Assembly: GCA_963820825.1 (NCBI GenBank)
Contig: CAWGBN010000006.1
Location: 640,001-704,000, forward strand
DNA: 64,000 nt
From: Vulcanimicrobiota bacterium
GTDB taxonomy: Bacteria; Vulcanimicrobiota; Vulcanimicrobiia; Vulcanimicrobiales; Vulcanimicrobiaceae
Direction: 5' to 3'
The notes below the pieces were generated by a model. The model worked only from the letters and a program-made list of their open reading frames with translations, made no database searches and was not told the origin of the DNA. How positions within the stretch are numbered: position 1 is the first letter of the stretch; every line of letters starts with the position of its first letter. Position numbers and translations under genes: made by a program. Below, one piece after another: positions 29,137 to 39,058 of the stretch.

Positions 29137-29610
29137 TCACGGTCCCTTACTTGCAAGGCGAAACCGGCCGGCCTTCGGGCACATTTCATCGCACCAGGCA
29201 GTTATACGGTCGCGTATCTGATCGCGAATGATTCGCGCCTGCGCAAGTTGCTGGTCGCGCGAGCCTCGAAGGGCGGCTGGATCGGCGAAGCTCCAGTGGA
29301 GACGCTGGGTTACGCCGGGAAAGATCGGGCAACGCTCGGCGCTGGCTTCGTCACAGACCGTCACGACATACGCGAAGAGCTTGCCTTTCTTAAACAAGTC
29401 GAACACGCTCTTCGTTTGGTTGTGCGAGATATCGATGCCGACCTCACGCATTACCTCGACGGCGAGCGGGTTTAGTTCGCCGGGTTCGAGCCCCGCGCTT
29501 ACGGCTTCAAAGTCGTCGGGGCAGATGCTGTTGAGAAACGCCTCCGCCATTTGGCTGCGCGCTGCATTGTGAACGCAGACGAACAGGACGTTAAGCTTAC
29601 GCGACTGCAT
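29137..29610 (-). CDS. arsC: Arsenate reductase (LMW-PTP type)
   Basis: FVCVHNAARSQMAE, VTVCD, CP, HWSFADP. Confidence 0.88.
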   Translation of the reverse strand: MQSRKLNVLFVCVHNAARSQMAEAFLNSICPDDFEAVSAGLEPGELNPLAVEVMREVGIDISHNQTKSVFDLFKKGKLFAYVVTVCDEASAERCPIFPGVTQRLHWSFADPAALRGSRDQQLAQARIIRDQIRDRITAWCDEMCPKAGRFRLASKGP

Positions 29611-30310
29611 CCGACCCTCCGCCATGGCGAAGAAGAACTCCATCGGCGTCGCGCCGCTCGAGCGGCGCAATCCATTGGAATGACACCGTCGCGCAGACGG
29701 CTCCGAGCAGCTGGGCGAAGATAAATTGGGGCGTGTCCTGCGGGCGAATTCCCGCGAAGGTATCGGAGAGCGAACGCGCGATCGTTACTGCCGGGTTGGC
29801 AAACGACGTCGACGACGTGAACCAGTACGCGGCGACGATATAACTAGCGACTGCAAATGGAGTAAAGGCCGAGCGGAAGCGAACGCATCCCCAAATCACG
29901 AGGAGCAAGCCGAACGTCGCAACGAACTCGGCAAACCATTGAGTGGGACCGGCGCGAGCACGATGGGACGCAAAGAAGACCGGAAGCCCGAACATCGTAT
30001 TCGCCGCCGCGACTCCGGCAACCGCGCCGCATATCTGCGCCCCGACGTACACCGGAACTTCGCTCCAAGGCAAGCCGCCGCGCAGGGCATCGGCAAGCGA
30101 CACGGCCGGATTGAAATGCGCGCCGGAGATCGGTCCAAGTGCGGCGATCAGACACATGAGGACGCCGCCGGTTGCCAGCGTATTGGCGAGTAATGCGATG
30201 GCGAGGTTACCGCCGGCGAGCCGCTGGGCCATGATACCGGAGCCGACAACGCCGGCGAGCAGGAAGGCGGAGCCCAGTGCCTCGGCGGCGCTTCGCCTAA
30301 GAAGCGTCAT
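29597..30310 (-). CDS. aqpS: MIP/aquaglyceroporin, putative arsenite channel
   Basis: SGAHFNPAV and SFANPAV motifs; lies within the ars operon. Confidence 0.85.
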   Translation of the reverse strand: MTLLRRSAAEALGSAFLLAGVVGSGIMAQRLAGGNLAIALLANTLATGGVLMCLIAALGPISGAHFNPAVSLADALRGGLPWSEVPVYVGAQICGAVAGVAAANTMFGLPVFFASHRARAGPTQWFAEFVATFGLLLVIWGCVRFRSAFTPFAVASYIVAAYWFTSSTSFANPAVTIARSLSDTFAGIRPQDTPQFIFAQLLGAVCATVSFQWIAPLERRDADGVLLRHGGGSDAVA

Positions 30311-30744
30311 TAGACGACGCAGCAGGAGCGCGTTTCGTCGCCCACCGAGCAGCACGTCGTATTGGCATCGTCCCGATGGTCCGTCTCGTCGTGGACGGTG
30401 TAGATCTCCCAACGGCGGCCTTCAGGATCGACAGCCCAGACTTTTGTTTGAATGGCGTAGCAGCACGTCTCTTCGCGCTCAACGGATGATGCGAGACCAG
30501 TGCGCTCCAGCCGCGCGATCGCGCGTTCCACGTCGTCCGCGCTCTCGACGTACACGCCGTAATGCGCATCTCGGGTTGGTGAAACCTCATCGGTTAGGTC
30601 GAGGGCGAGCTCGAGTCCCGGCTGATCCGTGATGAACAACGCGTAGTCGCCGAGCAGCTTCGTTGGTTTCGCGTCGAGCAAGGTTGAGTAGAACTCCACA
30701 CTCTTGGCGAGATTTACGGTGGCGAGGTTTAGGTGCGTTCTCAT
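30310..30744 (-). CDS. arsI: ArsI/CadI glyoxalase-family protein (putative C-As lyase)
   Basis: RTHLNL, HYGV, ETCCYAIQTKVW..DPEG..WE. Confidence 0.82.
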   Translation of the reverse strand: MRTHLNLATVNLAKSVEFYSTLLDAKPTKLLGDYALFITDQPGLELALDLTDEVSPTRDAHYGVYVESADDVERAIARLERTGLASSVEREETCCYAIQTKVWAVDPEGRRWEIYTVHDETDHRDDANTTCCSVGDETRSCCVV

Positions 30745-31073
30745 GCAGGCACTTTCTGGCGGAAGACGGAGGTCAACGCATCGCCGAGTCGCTCGTACGC
30801 CCCTGGCGCAAGGCGGTAATAGACCCAGGTGCCGCGGCGTTCGCACGTGACCAGCTCGGCTTCGCGCAAGACGCGAAGGTGATGCGATACGGTCGGCTGA
30901 TTGAGCGGAAGAGCATCGGTGAAATCGCAGACACACACCTCGTGCTCGGCGCGATCGAGCGCAGCAAGAATGGTCAGACGGTGAGGATCGGCCAGCGCCT
31001 TGAAAAGCTCGGCTTCCGTCCCCCGGTCCACGTGCGGAATATGAGCGGGCGGGCAGCACCGTTGCATCGACAT
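30741..31073 (-). CDS. arsR: ArsR/SmtB repressor
   Basis: FKALADPHRL, CVCD, QPTVSHHL, RRGTWVYY. Confidence 0.92.
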   Translation of the reverse strand: MSMQRCCPPAHIPHVDRGTEAELFKALADPHRLTILAALDRAEHEVCVCDFTDALPLNQPTVSHHLRVLREAELVTCERRGTWVYYRLAPGAYERLGDALTSVFRQKVPA

Positions 31074-31109
31074 CTTTCGATATTAGTGGTTGAATCGAAG
31101 ATTGTCAAT
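31066..31109 (-). promoter_or_regulatory. ars promoter with two ATCGA-N6-TC(G/A)AT operator-like boxes; likely leaderless arsR
   Basis: Minus-strand TTGACA(31108-31103)-17 bp-TAATAT(31085-31080); ATG follows 6 nt later. Confidence 0.65.
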
Positions 31110-31225
31110 ACAAATGCGGCGAGCGTGGCGGCGGATGTCGTGGAGAAGAACCGGCGAAGGGCTCTTCCTGAGGTTTTCCTCCATCGGCGCTACGATGCGC
31201 TTATCCAAAAATGCGAGGAGAAACC

Positions 31226-32326
31226 ATGATTCAGATGCAGCCAAGCGAGCTAAGGCCGAAGCCGGTCGCGATGATGAAAGCCTTTGTTATGCTAGGTCTT
31301 GAGCGTACGGCCTTTGCTGAAAAGCCGGTGCCGACCGCCGGCCCGAACGACGCAATCGTCAAGACGCAGTTCGCTTTGATTTGCACCTCCGACTCCCACA
31401 CCGTGCGCGGTGCGATCGGTCCGCGCGAAGGCCTGACGCTCGGGCACGAAGCTGTCGGGATCGTCGATTCGGTCGGCGCCGAGGTGCGGCATTTTAAACC
31501 GGGCGATCGCGTCGTCGTTGGTGCCATCACTCCCGATTGGGGATCGGACGAGGCTCAGAACGGCTATCCGTCACAATCGGGTGGAGCGCTCGGCGGCTGG
31601 AAGTACGCCAACATCAAGGACGGCGTCTTCGCCGAGTACTTTCATGTGAATGAAGCCGATGCGAACATGGCGCTGATCCCTGAAGCGGTGAAATCGGATC
31701 GAGCGGTTTATTGTGCGGATATGATGTCGACCGGATTCATGGCCGCCGAGCACGGCGACATTCCGATCGGCGGTACCGTCGCGGTTTTCGCGCAGGGACC
31801 GGTGGGTTTGATGGCTACCGCCGGTGCGCGCCTGCGCGGCGCCGGTTTGATCATCGCCGTTGAATCCGACCAACGCCGGGCCCAACTCGCTCGCGAGTAC
31901 GGCGCTCATCTCGTCGTCGATTTTCAGAAAGAGGATCCGGTGCAGCGCATCCTCGCGGAGACGGGTGGCATCGGCGTCGACACGACGATCGAAGCGCTGG
32001 GAGCCGAAAAAAGCTTCGAGCAATGCGTCGCCGCCACGAAGCCGGGTGGAACCATCTCAAATGTCGGCTACCACGGCTCGGGCGAGTTCGTTTCGATACC
32101 ACGCATCGCGTGGGGCGTCGGCATGGCCGACAAAACAATACGCACCGGTCTCTGCCCGGGAGGCAGGCTTCGCATGGAGCGGCTATTGCGCGTTTTGGAG
32201 CAGGGGTTGGTCGACCCCACCAAGCTCACGACGCACACCTTCGACTTCAACGAGATGCCTCGCGCATTCGAAATAATGGACCATAAGCTCGACGGCGTGC
32301 TCAAGCCCCTGATTCGCTTCGCATAA
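31226..32326 (+). CDS. Zinc-dependent NAD(P) alcohol dehydrogenase
   Basis: ICTSDSH, GHEAVG, DMMSTG, QGPVGL, CPGGRLRM. Confidence 0.92.
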   Translation: MIQMQPSELRPKPVAMMKAFVMLGLERTAFAEKPVPTAGPNDAIVKTQFALICTSDSHTVRGAIGPREGLTLGHEAVGIVDSVGAEVRHFKPGDRVVVGAITPDWGSDEAQNGYPSQSGGALGGWKYANIKDGVFAEYFHVNEADANMALIPEAVKSDRAVYCADMMSTGFMAAEHGDIPIGGTVAVFAQGPVGLMATAGARLRGAGLIIAVESDQRRAQLAREYGAHLVVDFQKEDPVQRILAETGGIGVDTTIEALGAEKSFEQCVAATKPGGTISNVGYHGSGEFVSIPRIAWGVGMADKTIRTGLCPGGRLRMERLLRVLEQGLVDPTKLTTHTFDFNEMPRAFEIMDHKLDGVLKPLIRFA

Positions 32327-32457
32327 CGTTTTTCGTTATTCTTGAGTGAAGAAACCTGGGGTTGCGTGGCGCCCGGCGCTTCTCGCGATTTGCAAGATTG
32401 CGGCGCTCGCCCAGGTGGCGGGTGACGGACCGCCGGCCAGATCCCGCGATCGCTGCG

Positions 32458-32493
32458 AAAGCAGCTGCTCTCGTTGTGAGAAGCAGCTGCTTT
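32458..32493. terminator. Bidirectional terminator-like hairpin between convergent genes
   Basis: AAAGCAGCTGCT...AGCAGCTGCTTT 12-bp inverted repeat. Confidence 0.55.
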
Positions 32494-32571
32494 AATCGTT
32501 GGAACCTAGCCGAGCAAGGCATCCGTGAGGCTTGGCGCTCGCGGATGCCTGCATCGCTATTTGGTGGAGGC

Positions 32572-33054
32572 CTAGCCTCCGAGGTGCTTTGTGTGCGCCC
32601 AGGACGTTATGCGCCAGCCGTTCGCCGTCTTCTTGAGCGTCACGGTAAGGGCTGATCCGGTCTCCCTCACCGTCTGACCCTTCTGATTGTAGTGGTAGTC
32701 GAATGGAGCACTGATGTATGCGTTGTCTCCGGTCACGAACACATGCCACGGCATGCCGATGCCGCCATTTGCGTCGGTGATTTGAGCGGTCTTGTCGTAG
32801 GCCGCTCGCGCGTTCCACCAATCGGTGCAACCCGCCGCTCCACCGGTAAGGTACGGATCGAAGGTATCGATGACGAAGGCCGGAGAATCGCACAACGCCA
32901 CAAACGCGCTCATTTTGTCTTTGTTCATCGCGTCTATGGCAAGCTTGACGGTGTTAATCGCATCGCTCGAGGGCGACGCCGAGCAGATTGCGGGGGTTGC
33001 CAAGAACGCTAAAGCGGCGGTCAGGGCCCAACTTGCAAATCGATGGATTCTCAT
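32572..33054 (-). CDS. Secreted NTF2/SnoaL-like protein
   Basis: Signal peptide; VTGDNAY...LKKTANGWRITSWAH. Confidence 0.75.
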   Translation of the reverse strand: MRIHRFASWALTAALAFLATPAICSASPSSDAINTVKLAIDAMNKDKMSAFVALCDSPAFVIDTFDPYLTGGAAGCTDWWNARAAYDKTAQITDANGGIGMPWHVFVTGDNAYISAPFDYHYNQKGQTVRETGSALTVTLKKTANGWRITSWAHTKHLGG

Positions 33055-33145
33055 GATCTCTCCTTCCATAGGGATCTGGACCGGCAAGTCGGCCCGGAAT
33101 TTTCAACCATCTTCTGAGGGTTCACGATTGAGGGTTCACGATGTA

Positions 33146-34111
33146 TTACGTCGGCGGTGCTGCTGACGATGGCGCGGGTGGACCGTTGACCGGTAAGAGA
33201 TCCATAGTCACGGTGTCGAGCCGATACTCGCCCGCGCCGACATAGCTGTTGGGTTGCGCACATACGACGCTATTTTGCGGACCGTAGACGACCACGAGGC
33301 CGGAAGGCCCACACTGCGTCTGCGTCAACTGGTACGTTGAGAAAAACGTAGCGCCGGGCGTGCCCGCTTGTACTTCGTAGGAGTTATACGTGACGTCGGT
33401 GTCTTCGTCAACGATCGCTCCGTAAACCGCGGCAGAGGTCACGCCGATTGCCATGGCTCCCCAGAATCCGCCGCCCCAATAATACGGCGCTGGCGCCCAC
33501 GCCATTCCGCCGTTCCAGCCGTAGTAACCGCCACCGCCGTAAACGGGATTGTTGACGATCGTATTTCCGTTGCCGCTGCCGATGTTGTTGTTGCCGCCGC
33601 CGGGGCGATTTCCGGTGCCGGGACTGCCGGGACGACCCGCTCCGCCGGGTCCGCCGACTCCGCCGGGTCCGCCAACGCTGCCAGGTCCGCCTGGGCCTCC
33701 CGGACCACCGGGGCGACCAGCTCCGCCGACGCCGCCGGGGCCGCCAGGACCACCGGGCCGACCGGGACCGCCAACGCCACCGACACCGCCAACGCCACCG
33801 ACGCCGCCGGGCCGCTGCGCGACACCCGGGCGCTGCATGCTGCCGCCGCCCATTCCGCCGCGCGAGAAGTCTGAGCCGCCGAGGTTGTATCCTCCGCCGC
33901 GACCGCCACTCGGGCGCGACGACATACCGCCGCCGCCGCGAGACGCTCCGCCGCCGCCGCCGCGGGACATACCGCCGCCGCCGCCGCGCGAACCGCCGCC
34001 GCCGCGCGCACCGCCGCCGCCGCGTCCGCCGCCCCCACCGCGACCGGCATCGGCCGCAGTGCAAAGCTGCATCACGAAAACTACTGAGAGAATCAGCGCG
34101 AGATACTTCAT
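33146..34111 (-). CDS. Secreted Gly/Pro-rich repeat protein with conserved C-terminal domain (module copy 2, gene B)
   Basis: Signal peptide; GGVGGV and GGPGRPGGPG repeats; C-terminal domain matches 10149-11018. Confidence 0.8.
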   Translation of the reverse strand: MKYLALILSVVFVMQLCTAADAGRGGGGGRGGGGARGGGGSRGGGGGMSRGGGGGASRGGGGMSSRPSGGRGGGYNLGGSDFSRGGMGGGSMQRPGVAQRPGGVGGVGGVGGVGGPGRPGGPGGPGGVGGAGRPGGPGGPGGPGSVGGPGGVGGPGGAGRPGSPGTGNRPGGGNNNIGSGNGNTIVNNPVYGGGGYYGWNGGMAWAPAPYYWGGGFWGAMAIGVTSAAVYGAIVDEDTDVTYNSYEVQAGTPGATFFSTYQLTQTQCGPSGLVVVYGPQNSVVCAQPNSYVGAGEYRLDTVTMDLLPVNGPPAPSSAAPPT

Positions 34112-34584
34112 TCTTGCTTTATCAGTTGATCGATGCGCCCGCGGACGTTGATGAACGTCCCGTTTCTCGTCGAAATCGTGAGCATTATGCTCTTCGCAGG
34201 CAGCTTAGCCGAGGAATGCGACAACGGTTGTTCGGCATCGGTGTAATTGAGATAAATCGTCCCGGTTTTGAGGTTGAGCGCATTGCTTTCACCCTCTTGC
34301 ACCAGCGCGGCATTCGTGGGTAAGCAAACGATGATCTTCTCCTGATACGAGCACGCAGCTCGCGTGATGACGATCGTCCCGTCACCGTCGTCGGTCGTCA
34401 AGAAGAGCGAGCCGGAGAATACCTTGATTTCAACGTCGCGGTACGTGTTCACCGATCCGTCTTTATGCTGAATGTTGATGGTGCCGGTGGAGCTCGCGAC
34501 CGCCGGTATCAGAGCGCAACAGACCGCGATGCCCGCAGCGGCGATTCGTGATGGGATGTTCAGGACTTTGCTCAAATCCAGCAT
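34108..34584 (-). CDS. Secreted beta-rich protein with Cys pair (module copy 2, gene A)
   Basis: GTIVITRAACSYQ...VCLPT...GTIYLN...GRID; paralog of 9677-10147. Confidence 0.8.
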   Translation of the reverse strand: MLDLSKVLNIPSRIAAAGIAVCCALIPAVASSTGTINIQHKDGSVNTYRDVEIKVFSGSLFLTTDDGDGTIVITRAACSYQEKIIVCLPTNAALVQEGESNALNLKTGTIYLNYTDAEQPLSHSSAKLPAKSIMLTISTRNGTFINVRGRIDQLIKQE

Positions 34585-34596
34585 GGGAATGTCTGG

Positions 34597-35547
34597 CTAG
34601 CGTAACCGGGCGAGCGAACCGCCGCAACCCCGCACCAGGGGCCCCTTGGCAAAGGGAGGCAAGGCGGCGCCATCACCGGCATTCGCCAAACGGTTGAACT
34701 TGCGCGCCGTCTCGTCGTCCGCCGGAACGAGCGCGCGCAGGAAAATATCCGGCTGCATCGTCGAGCCAAGGTCGATTGCGTAAACTGCGAGGTTGCCCAC
34801 CGTCGCGTGGTTTCGCGTCTCGATTTCCGTATTCGACAGCTCGCCGGCGACGATCCGCGTGTCCCAAACCTGTTGAAAGAGCGGATGCTGCTTCACCCTG
34901 TCAAAGACTGCGTCTGCGTATTGGCTCGGCCGCGAAGAGGCATAGTTGAGCCGAAACATTCCGACGGCGCGGAAGACGAGCTTTTCGCGCTCTGCGCCAA
35001 GAAATGCAATGAAGTCGTGGTCGTAAAGGCTGCGGACCAGCCCGTTTCTCTCTACCGGGTCCTCGTATCGGGAATGGCCGTAAATCGCGTCGGCGAGAGC
35101 GTTCCACCGGAGCGGCGTCAGAATCTTGTCACCGATCGTGCCCGCGACGCCTCGGAGACTGTTCAGCAACGCGATAGCAGGTTCGGACACGGCGTGGCAC
35201 ATTTCCGCACCGGCTCGTAAAGGTCGGCGCAGGCCGGCCAGGTCGAGCATGTACTCGAATTCGGCGGTCGAGAGGCGCAATGCGACGGCGACCGCCGTCA
35301 AGGTGGATTCGGAGGGGTGTATCTCGTCGCCGGCCTCCAGCCGCGCGTACCATTTTACGCCGATGTCGGCGAGAAAGGCGACCTCTTCGCGGCGCAGCCC
35401 GGGGGTGCGGCGTCCGCGCCGTGACGCGATTTCCACCTGTTCGGGGGCGATCGATTCGCGCCGTTTTCGCAGAAACCGCCCCAAGGCCTCGCGGGGCGAT
35501 TCAACAAGGCCGGCGACCTTGTCCCGGTTGGCGTAGTGAACTGGCAT
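34597..35547 (-). CDS. MmyB-family XRE regulator
   Basis: LGRFLRKRRE, RRTPGLRREEVA, WYARLE, PADDET. Confidence 0.9.
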   Translation of the reverse strand: MPVHYANRDKVAGLVESPREALGRFLRKRRESIAPEQVEIASRRGRRTPGLRREEVAFLADIGVKWYARLEAGDEIHPSESTLTAVAVALRLSTAEFEYMLDLAGLRRPLRAGAEMCHAVSEPAIALLNSLRGVAGTIGDKILTPLRWNALADAIYGHSRYEDPVERNGLVRSLYDHDFIAFLGAEREKLVFRAVGMFRLNYASSRPSQYADAVFDRVKQHPLFQQVWDTRIVAGELSNTEIETRNHATVGNLAVYAIDLGSTMQPDIFLRALVPADDETARKFNRLANAGDGAALPPFAKGPLVRGCGGSLARLR

Positions 35548-35739
35548 CCATTACCTCCAGCCTATCCGTAGCCGTCTTTTTAACGTTTTTATAATAAGTC
35601 TCCGTTGTGAAGACGATAAGAAGGCGCCGTTCTTTTCGGCTTCCGCGGATTTTCATAATAGCTGTTTCAGACACCACTTCGTGGGTGGACCCTACTCGGG
35701 GGTTAACAAACTCGGTACTGCGGCGCATGTAAAGAGCAG

Positions 35740-36336
35740 ATGAGCGTCACGCATCTGCACGAGTGGGATGTTACGGCCATCGAGGTCGCGCTGGATTTGG
35801 AGGCGCCATGCCTACTCGATCCCTCGCGCGCGCTCTTTTCGGGTTCGGCCGAGCCGCGGATTTGCCTCGTATCGGGCTTCGCCGTCACCAGGCAGCTGAA
35901 ACGCATCATCGCCGCCGTCGATCGAGCCGTGCCGGAGCGCCCCCCTTCAGGACTACGCGTCGTGCCCGTAGCGACGCGCTCGCCGGCCGCGCCGTTCACC
36001 CGCGGGATCTCCGTTCAGCCAATGCTCTCTCTTTTGCGTCTCCAATCGAAGCTGATTCGCGCCATCGAGCCGGGATTGGCACACGACGTGCCGTCGCCGC
36101 GTACGACGCGCGACATGGACGAAGCCGCCGCAGCGTTTGTCGACGATTTCATCTCGCACAAGATGCTCCCAACCTTCGAGCCCGCGTGCACGGCCGCAGA
36201 TTTAGACGGCACGCAGCTGAGAGCGATCGGTATCACGATCTATCGATTGGGGCGCCGCGGCGCTCCCGAGTCGATCCTCGCTCATTGGGCCTTCGCGCCG
36301 GACCCCGGCAGCATCCACCTGCGAGGTGGACGTTAA
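35740..36336 (+). CDS. Hypothetical protein, possibly a degenerate 2H-phosphoesterase
   Basis: VTAIEVAL...LLRLQSKLIRAIEP...IYRLG pattern recalled from a 2H-like family; no HxT motifs. Confidence 0.45.
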   Translation: MSVTHLHEWDVTAIEVALDLEAPCLLDPSRALFSGSAEPRICLVSGFAVTRQLKRIIAAVDRAVPERPPSGLRVVPVATRSPAAPFTRGISVQPMLSLLRLQSKLIRAIEPGLAHDVPSPRTTRDMDEAAAAFVDDFISHKMLPTFEPACTAADLDGTQLRAIGITIYRLGRRGAPESILAHWAFAPDPGSIHLRGGR

Positions 36337-36445
36337 TGCACGCGGCGCGATCTGTGGGGTCTCACGATGCGGTTCGCATTAATCTGACGCCGTCGCAAAA
36401 CGCGCAGCGTCTCATGGAAACCGCTTCGCGACAATCCTATCCGCA

Positions 36446-37636
36446 ATGACGGTCGCAAAAAGCGTGATTCCGAACAGCTTCCTGCCGTTCGCCGGGGGAC
36501 TAGTTTCCCGGGGACTTCAGAATATCGGCGTGCAGGACAGCACGCTGCTGCGCCTGCGCGTAACAGGGATCCTCATCCTGCCGTTGCTGGCGTGGCTTCC
36601 GCTCCTCGTACTCTCGACGATCGACGGAAAACTGGTCCCCGGAGGCGTAGGAACTCCCTTTTTACTGGACCTCTCGGTTCATATACGTTTGCTCGTCGCG
36701 CTTCCGCTCTTCATTCTAGCAGCGAGGATGGGCGAAGCGCGCCTTCTCCCCACCTTGCGTCAGTTTCTGGCACGTCGGCTCGTCCCCGAGCGGTCGGTGC
36801 CCAGGTTCGAGGCTGCAGTTGCATCGGCGTTCTCACTCGGCGATTCCATCCTTGCCGATTTGGCGATCATTTGCATCATTTACGTGGTCGACACGCTTGC
36901 CGTTAACAGCACGTACGTTGCAACCGGCGCGACGTGGTACGTAGCTTCGGTCGCGCAGGGATCGCATCTCACTCCGGCCGGCATTTGCTATGCGTATTTC
37001 AGTCTGCCCATCTTTCAGTTCGTGTTACTGCGGTGGTACTTCAGGCTCTTCATTTGGGCTCGCTTCTTGGCCAAGGCTTCACACCTGCATCTCAATCTCG
37101 TCCCGACGCACCCCGATCGTGTCGGGGGGCTTGGCTTTCTGATCATGGGCACACAAGCATTTGTAGCTTTCGCAATGGCGCATGGAGCGCTGCTCGCCGG
37201 ATGGCTTTCGACGCGGGTCGTGGTTGGGAAAGCGAGCCTTGCGGAGTTCAAAGGCGAGATCGCCGCGGTTGTGGTGTTCGTGCTTTGCTTGACCCTCGCC
37301 CCGCTCACCGTATTCGCGAGATCGCTCACCCGTGCCAAGCGTCGCGGCATCATCGAATACGGCGAGCTCGCGGCTCGTTACTCAAACGAATTTAACGACA
37401 AGTGGATCGTCCCCAAAGCGGGCTATAAGGAGCCGCTGGTCGGAAGCGCCGACATCCAATCGCTCGCCGACATGGCGGGGAGTTACGACATCGTGCAGAC
37501 GATGCGCAGCGTACCGATAAGCCTGCAGATGTGCGTGATCTTTGCCGCGGCGACACTCCTCCCCGTCGCTCCGCTGCTGCTCACGTTGATGTCGCTCTCC
37601 GAGATATTAAAAAAGCTGGCTGGAATCTTGTTCTAG
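36446..37636 (+). CDS. Conserved multi-pass membrane protein
   Basis: HPDRVGGLGFL, DIQSLAD; many TM segments. Confidence 0.8.
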   Translation: MTVAKSVIPNSFLPFAGGLVSRGLQNIGVQDSTLLRLRVTGILILPLLAWLPLLVLSTIDGKLVPGGVGTPFLLDLSVHIRLLVALPLFILAARMGEARLLPTLRQFLARRLVPERSVPRFEAAVASAFSLGDSILADLAIICIIYVVDTLAVNSTYVATGATWYVASVAQGSHLTPAGICYAYFSLPIFQFVLLRWYFRLFIWARFLAKASHLHLNLVPTHPDRVGGLGFLIMGTQAFVAFAMAHGALLAGWLSTRVVVGKASLAEFKGEIAAVVVFVLCLTLAPLTVFARSLTRAKRRGIIEYGELAARYSNEFNDKWIVPKAGYKEPLVGSADIQSLADMAGSYDIVQTMRSVPISLQMCVIFAAATLLPVAPLLLTLMSLSEILKKLAGILF

Positions 37637-37711
37637 CAGCGAAGGGACCGCGACGTCCGGCGTTGCGGGCCTCGAGTGGCGCAGCGAGAATCCTTAGCAG
37701 TGGAGGAATCG

Positions 37712-39040
37712 ATGAGTAAGACCGAGACCGGCAAGGCCCTTCGGGTCCGCGTTCCGCGCGCCTCGCATGCCAAGCTGAAACCGCCGTCGGACCGCGATCC
37801 GCTTGCGATCTTACGCAAGACCGATGAAGACCGGCTTCCCGAACTGGTGCCGATTCGCTACGGCCGAATGCTCCAATCACCGTTCGCGTTCTTTCGCGGC
37901 GCTGCAGCGATCATGGCAGCAGACTTGTCGATGAGCCCCATTATCGGCGTGACGGTTCAAGCCTGTGGCGACTGTCATCTCAAGAACTTCGGCGGCTTCG
38001 CTACGCCCGAGCGGAACATTGTGTTCGACATAAACGACTTCGACGAGACGCTTCCGGCTCCGTGGGAATGGGACGTCAAGAGGCTTGCGGCGTCGTTCTA
38101 TCTGGCCGTCGGCGAAAACGGGCTCTCGGACGATGTCGCTCGCGCTGCTGCCCTGACCTGCGTGCGCTCGTATCGAAAAGGAGTCCGGGAGTTCTCCGAG
38201 TTCGATCCGCTCGCGCTATGGTATTCGAAGTTCGACGCCGACGAGTTCGTGAAGGCGCTGCCGCGCGGCGACCGCACGCGCGTCGAGCGACGAATCGCAA
38301 AAGTCGCCTCAACGCGGGGAGCGGATATCGACTATCCCAAGCTCGCCGAAGTCGTCCGCGGCGCCATCCACATTAAGGACACTCCGCCGCTGATCTTCCA
38401 TCCCGAATCGGCACGAACGCCCGACTTCTTACCGATCGTCGAAAAAGTGCTGAGCGAATATCGCGAGACGCTTGCCGACGATCGCCGCCTTTTGTTCGAT
38501 CGCTACCGCTTCGTCGACGCGGCGATCAAAGTAGTCGGCGTCGGCAGCGTCGGAACGCGCTGTTGGATTGCGCTGCTGATGTCCTCGACGAACGAGCCCC
38601 TCTTTCTCCAGTTCAAGCAGGCAAAATCGTCCGTGCTCGAGCCGTATGCCGGCAAGAGCCTCTATCCTCATTGCGGCCAGCGCATCGTGATGGGCCAGCG
38701 GCTCATGCAGGCGGCTTCCGATATCTTTCTTGGATGGACGACCGGGCCCGGCGGAGATTTCTACGTTCGGCAGCTACGCGACGCAAAGCTCAGCCCTAAT
38801 CTAGAAACCTTTGACGAACCGCTCTTTCAAATGTACGCCAAAGCGTGCGGCTGGAATCTCTCTCGCGCCCATTCAAAATCCGGAAACGCTCCGGCAATCA
38901 AGGCGTATCTTGGAAAAAGCGATGAGTTCGACGAGGCGATGGCAACCTTCGCGCGCAAATATGCCGAGCAGACCGAACGCGACCACGCTACGCTGAGAGC
39001 CGCGGTCAGGGCCGGAAAGGTCGAGATCTATACCGAGTAG
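37712..39040 (+). CDS. DUF2252 family protein (kinase-like)
   Basis: RYGRMLQSPFAFFRG, CGDCHLKNFG, FDINDFDE, KVVGVGSVG. Confidence 0.92.
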   Translation: MSKTETGKALRVRVPRASHAKLKPPSDRDPLAILRKTDEDRLPELVPIRYGRMLQSPFAFFRGAAAIMAADLSMSPIIGVTVQACGDCHLKNFGGFATPERNIVFDINDFDETLPAPWEWDVKRLAASFYLAVGENGLSDDVARAAALTCVRSYRKGVREFSEFDPLALWYSKFDADEFVKALPRGDRTRVERRIAKVASTRGADIDYPKLAEVVRGAIHIKDTPPLIFHPESARTPDFLPIVEKVLSEYRETLADDRRLLFDRYRFVDAAIKVVGVGSVGTRCWIALLMSSTNEPLFLQFKQAKSSVLEPYAGKSLYPHCGQRIVMGQRLMQAASDIFLGWTTGPGGDFYVRQLRDAKLSPNLETFDEPLFQMYAKACGWNLSRAHSKSGNAPAIKAYLGKSDEFDEAMATFARKYAEQTERDHATLRAAVRAGKVEIYTE

Positions 39041-39058
39041 GCAGGTCCGATCTATACG

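Noticed and set aside
32562..32580. TGGTGGAG as another tRNA att core
   Set aside because: Only 8 bp match, with no T-arm sequence following
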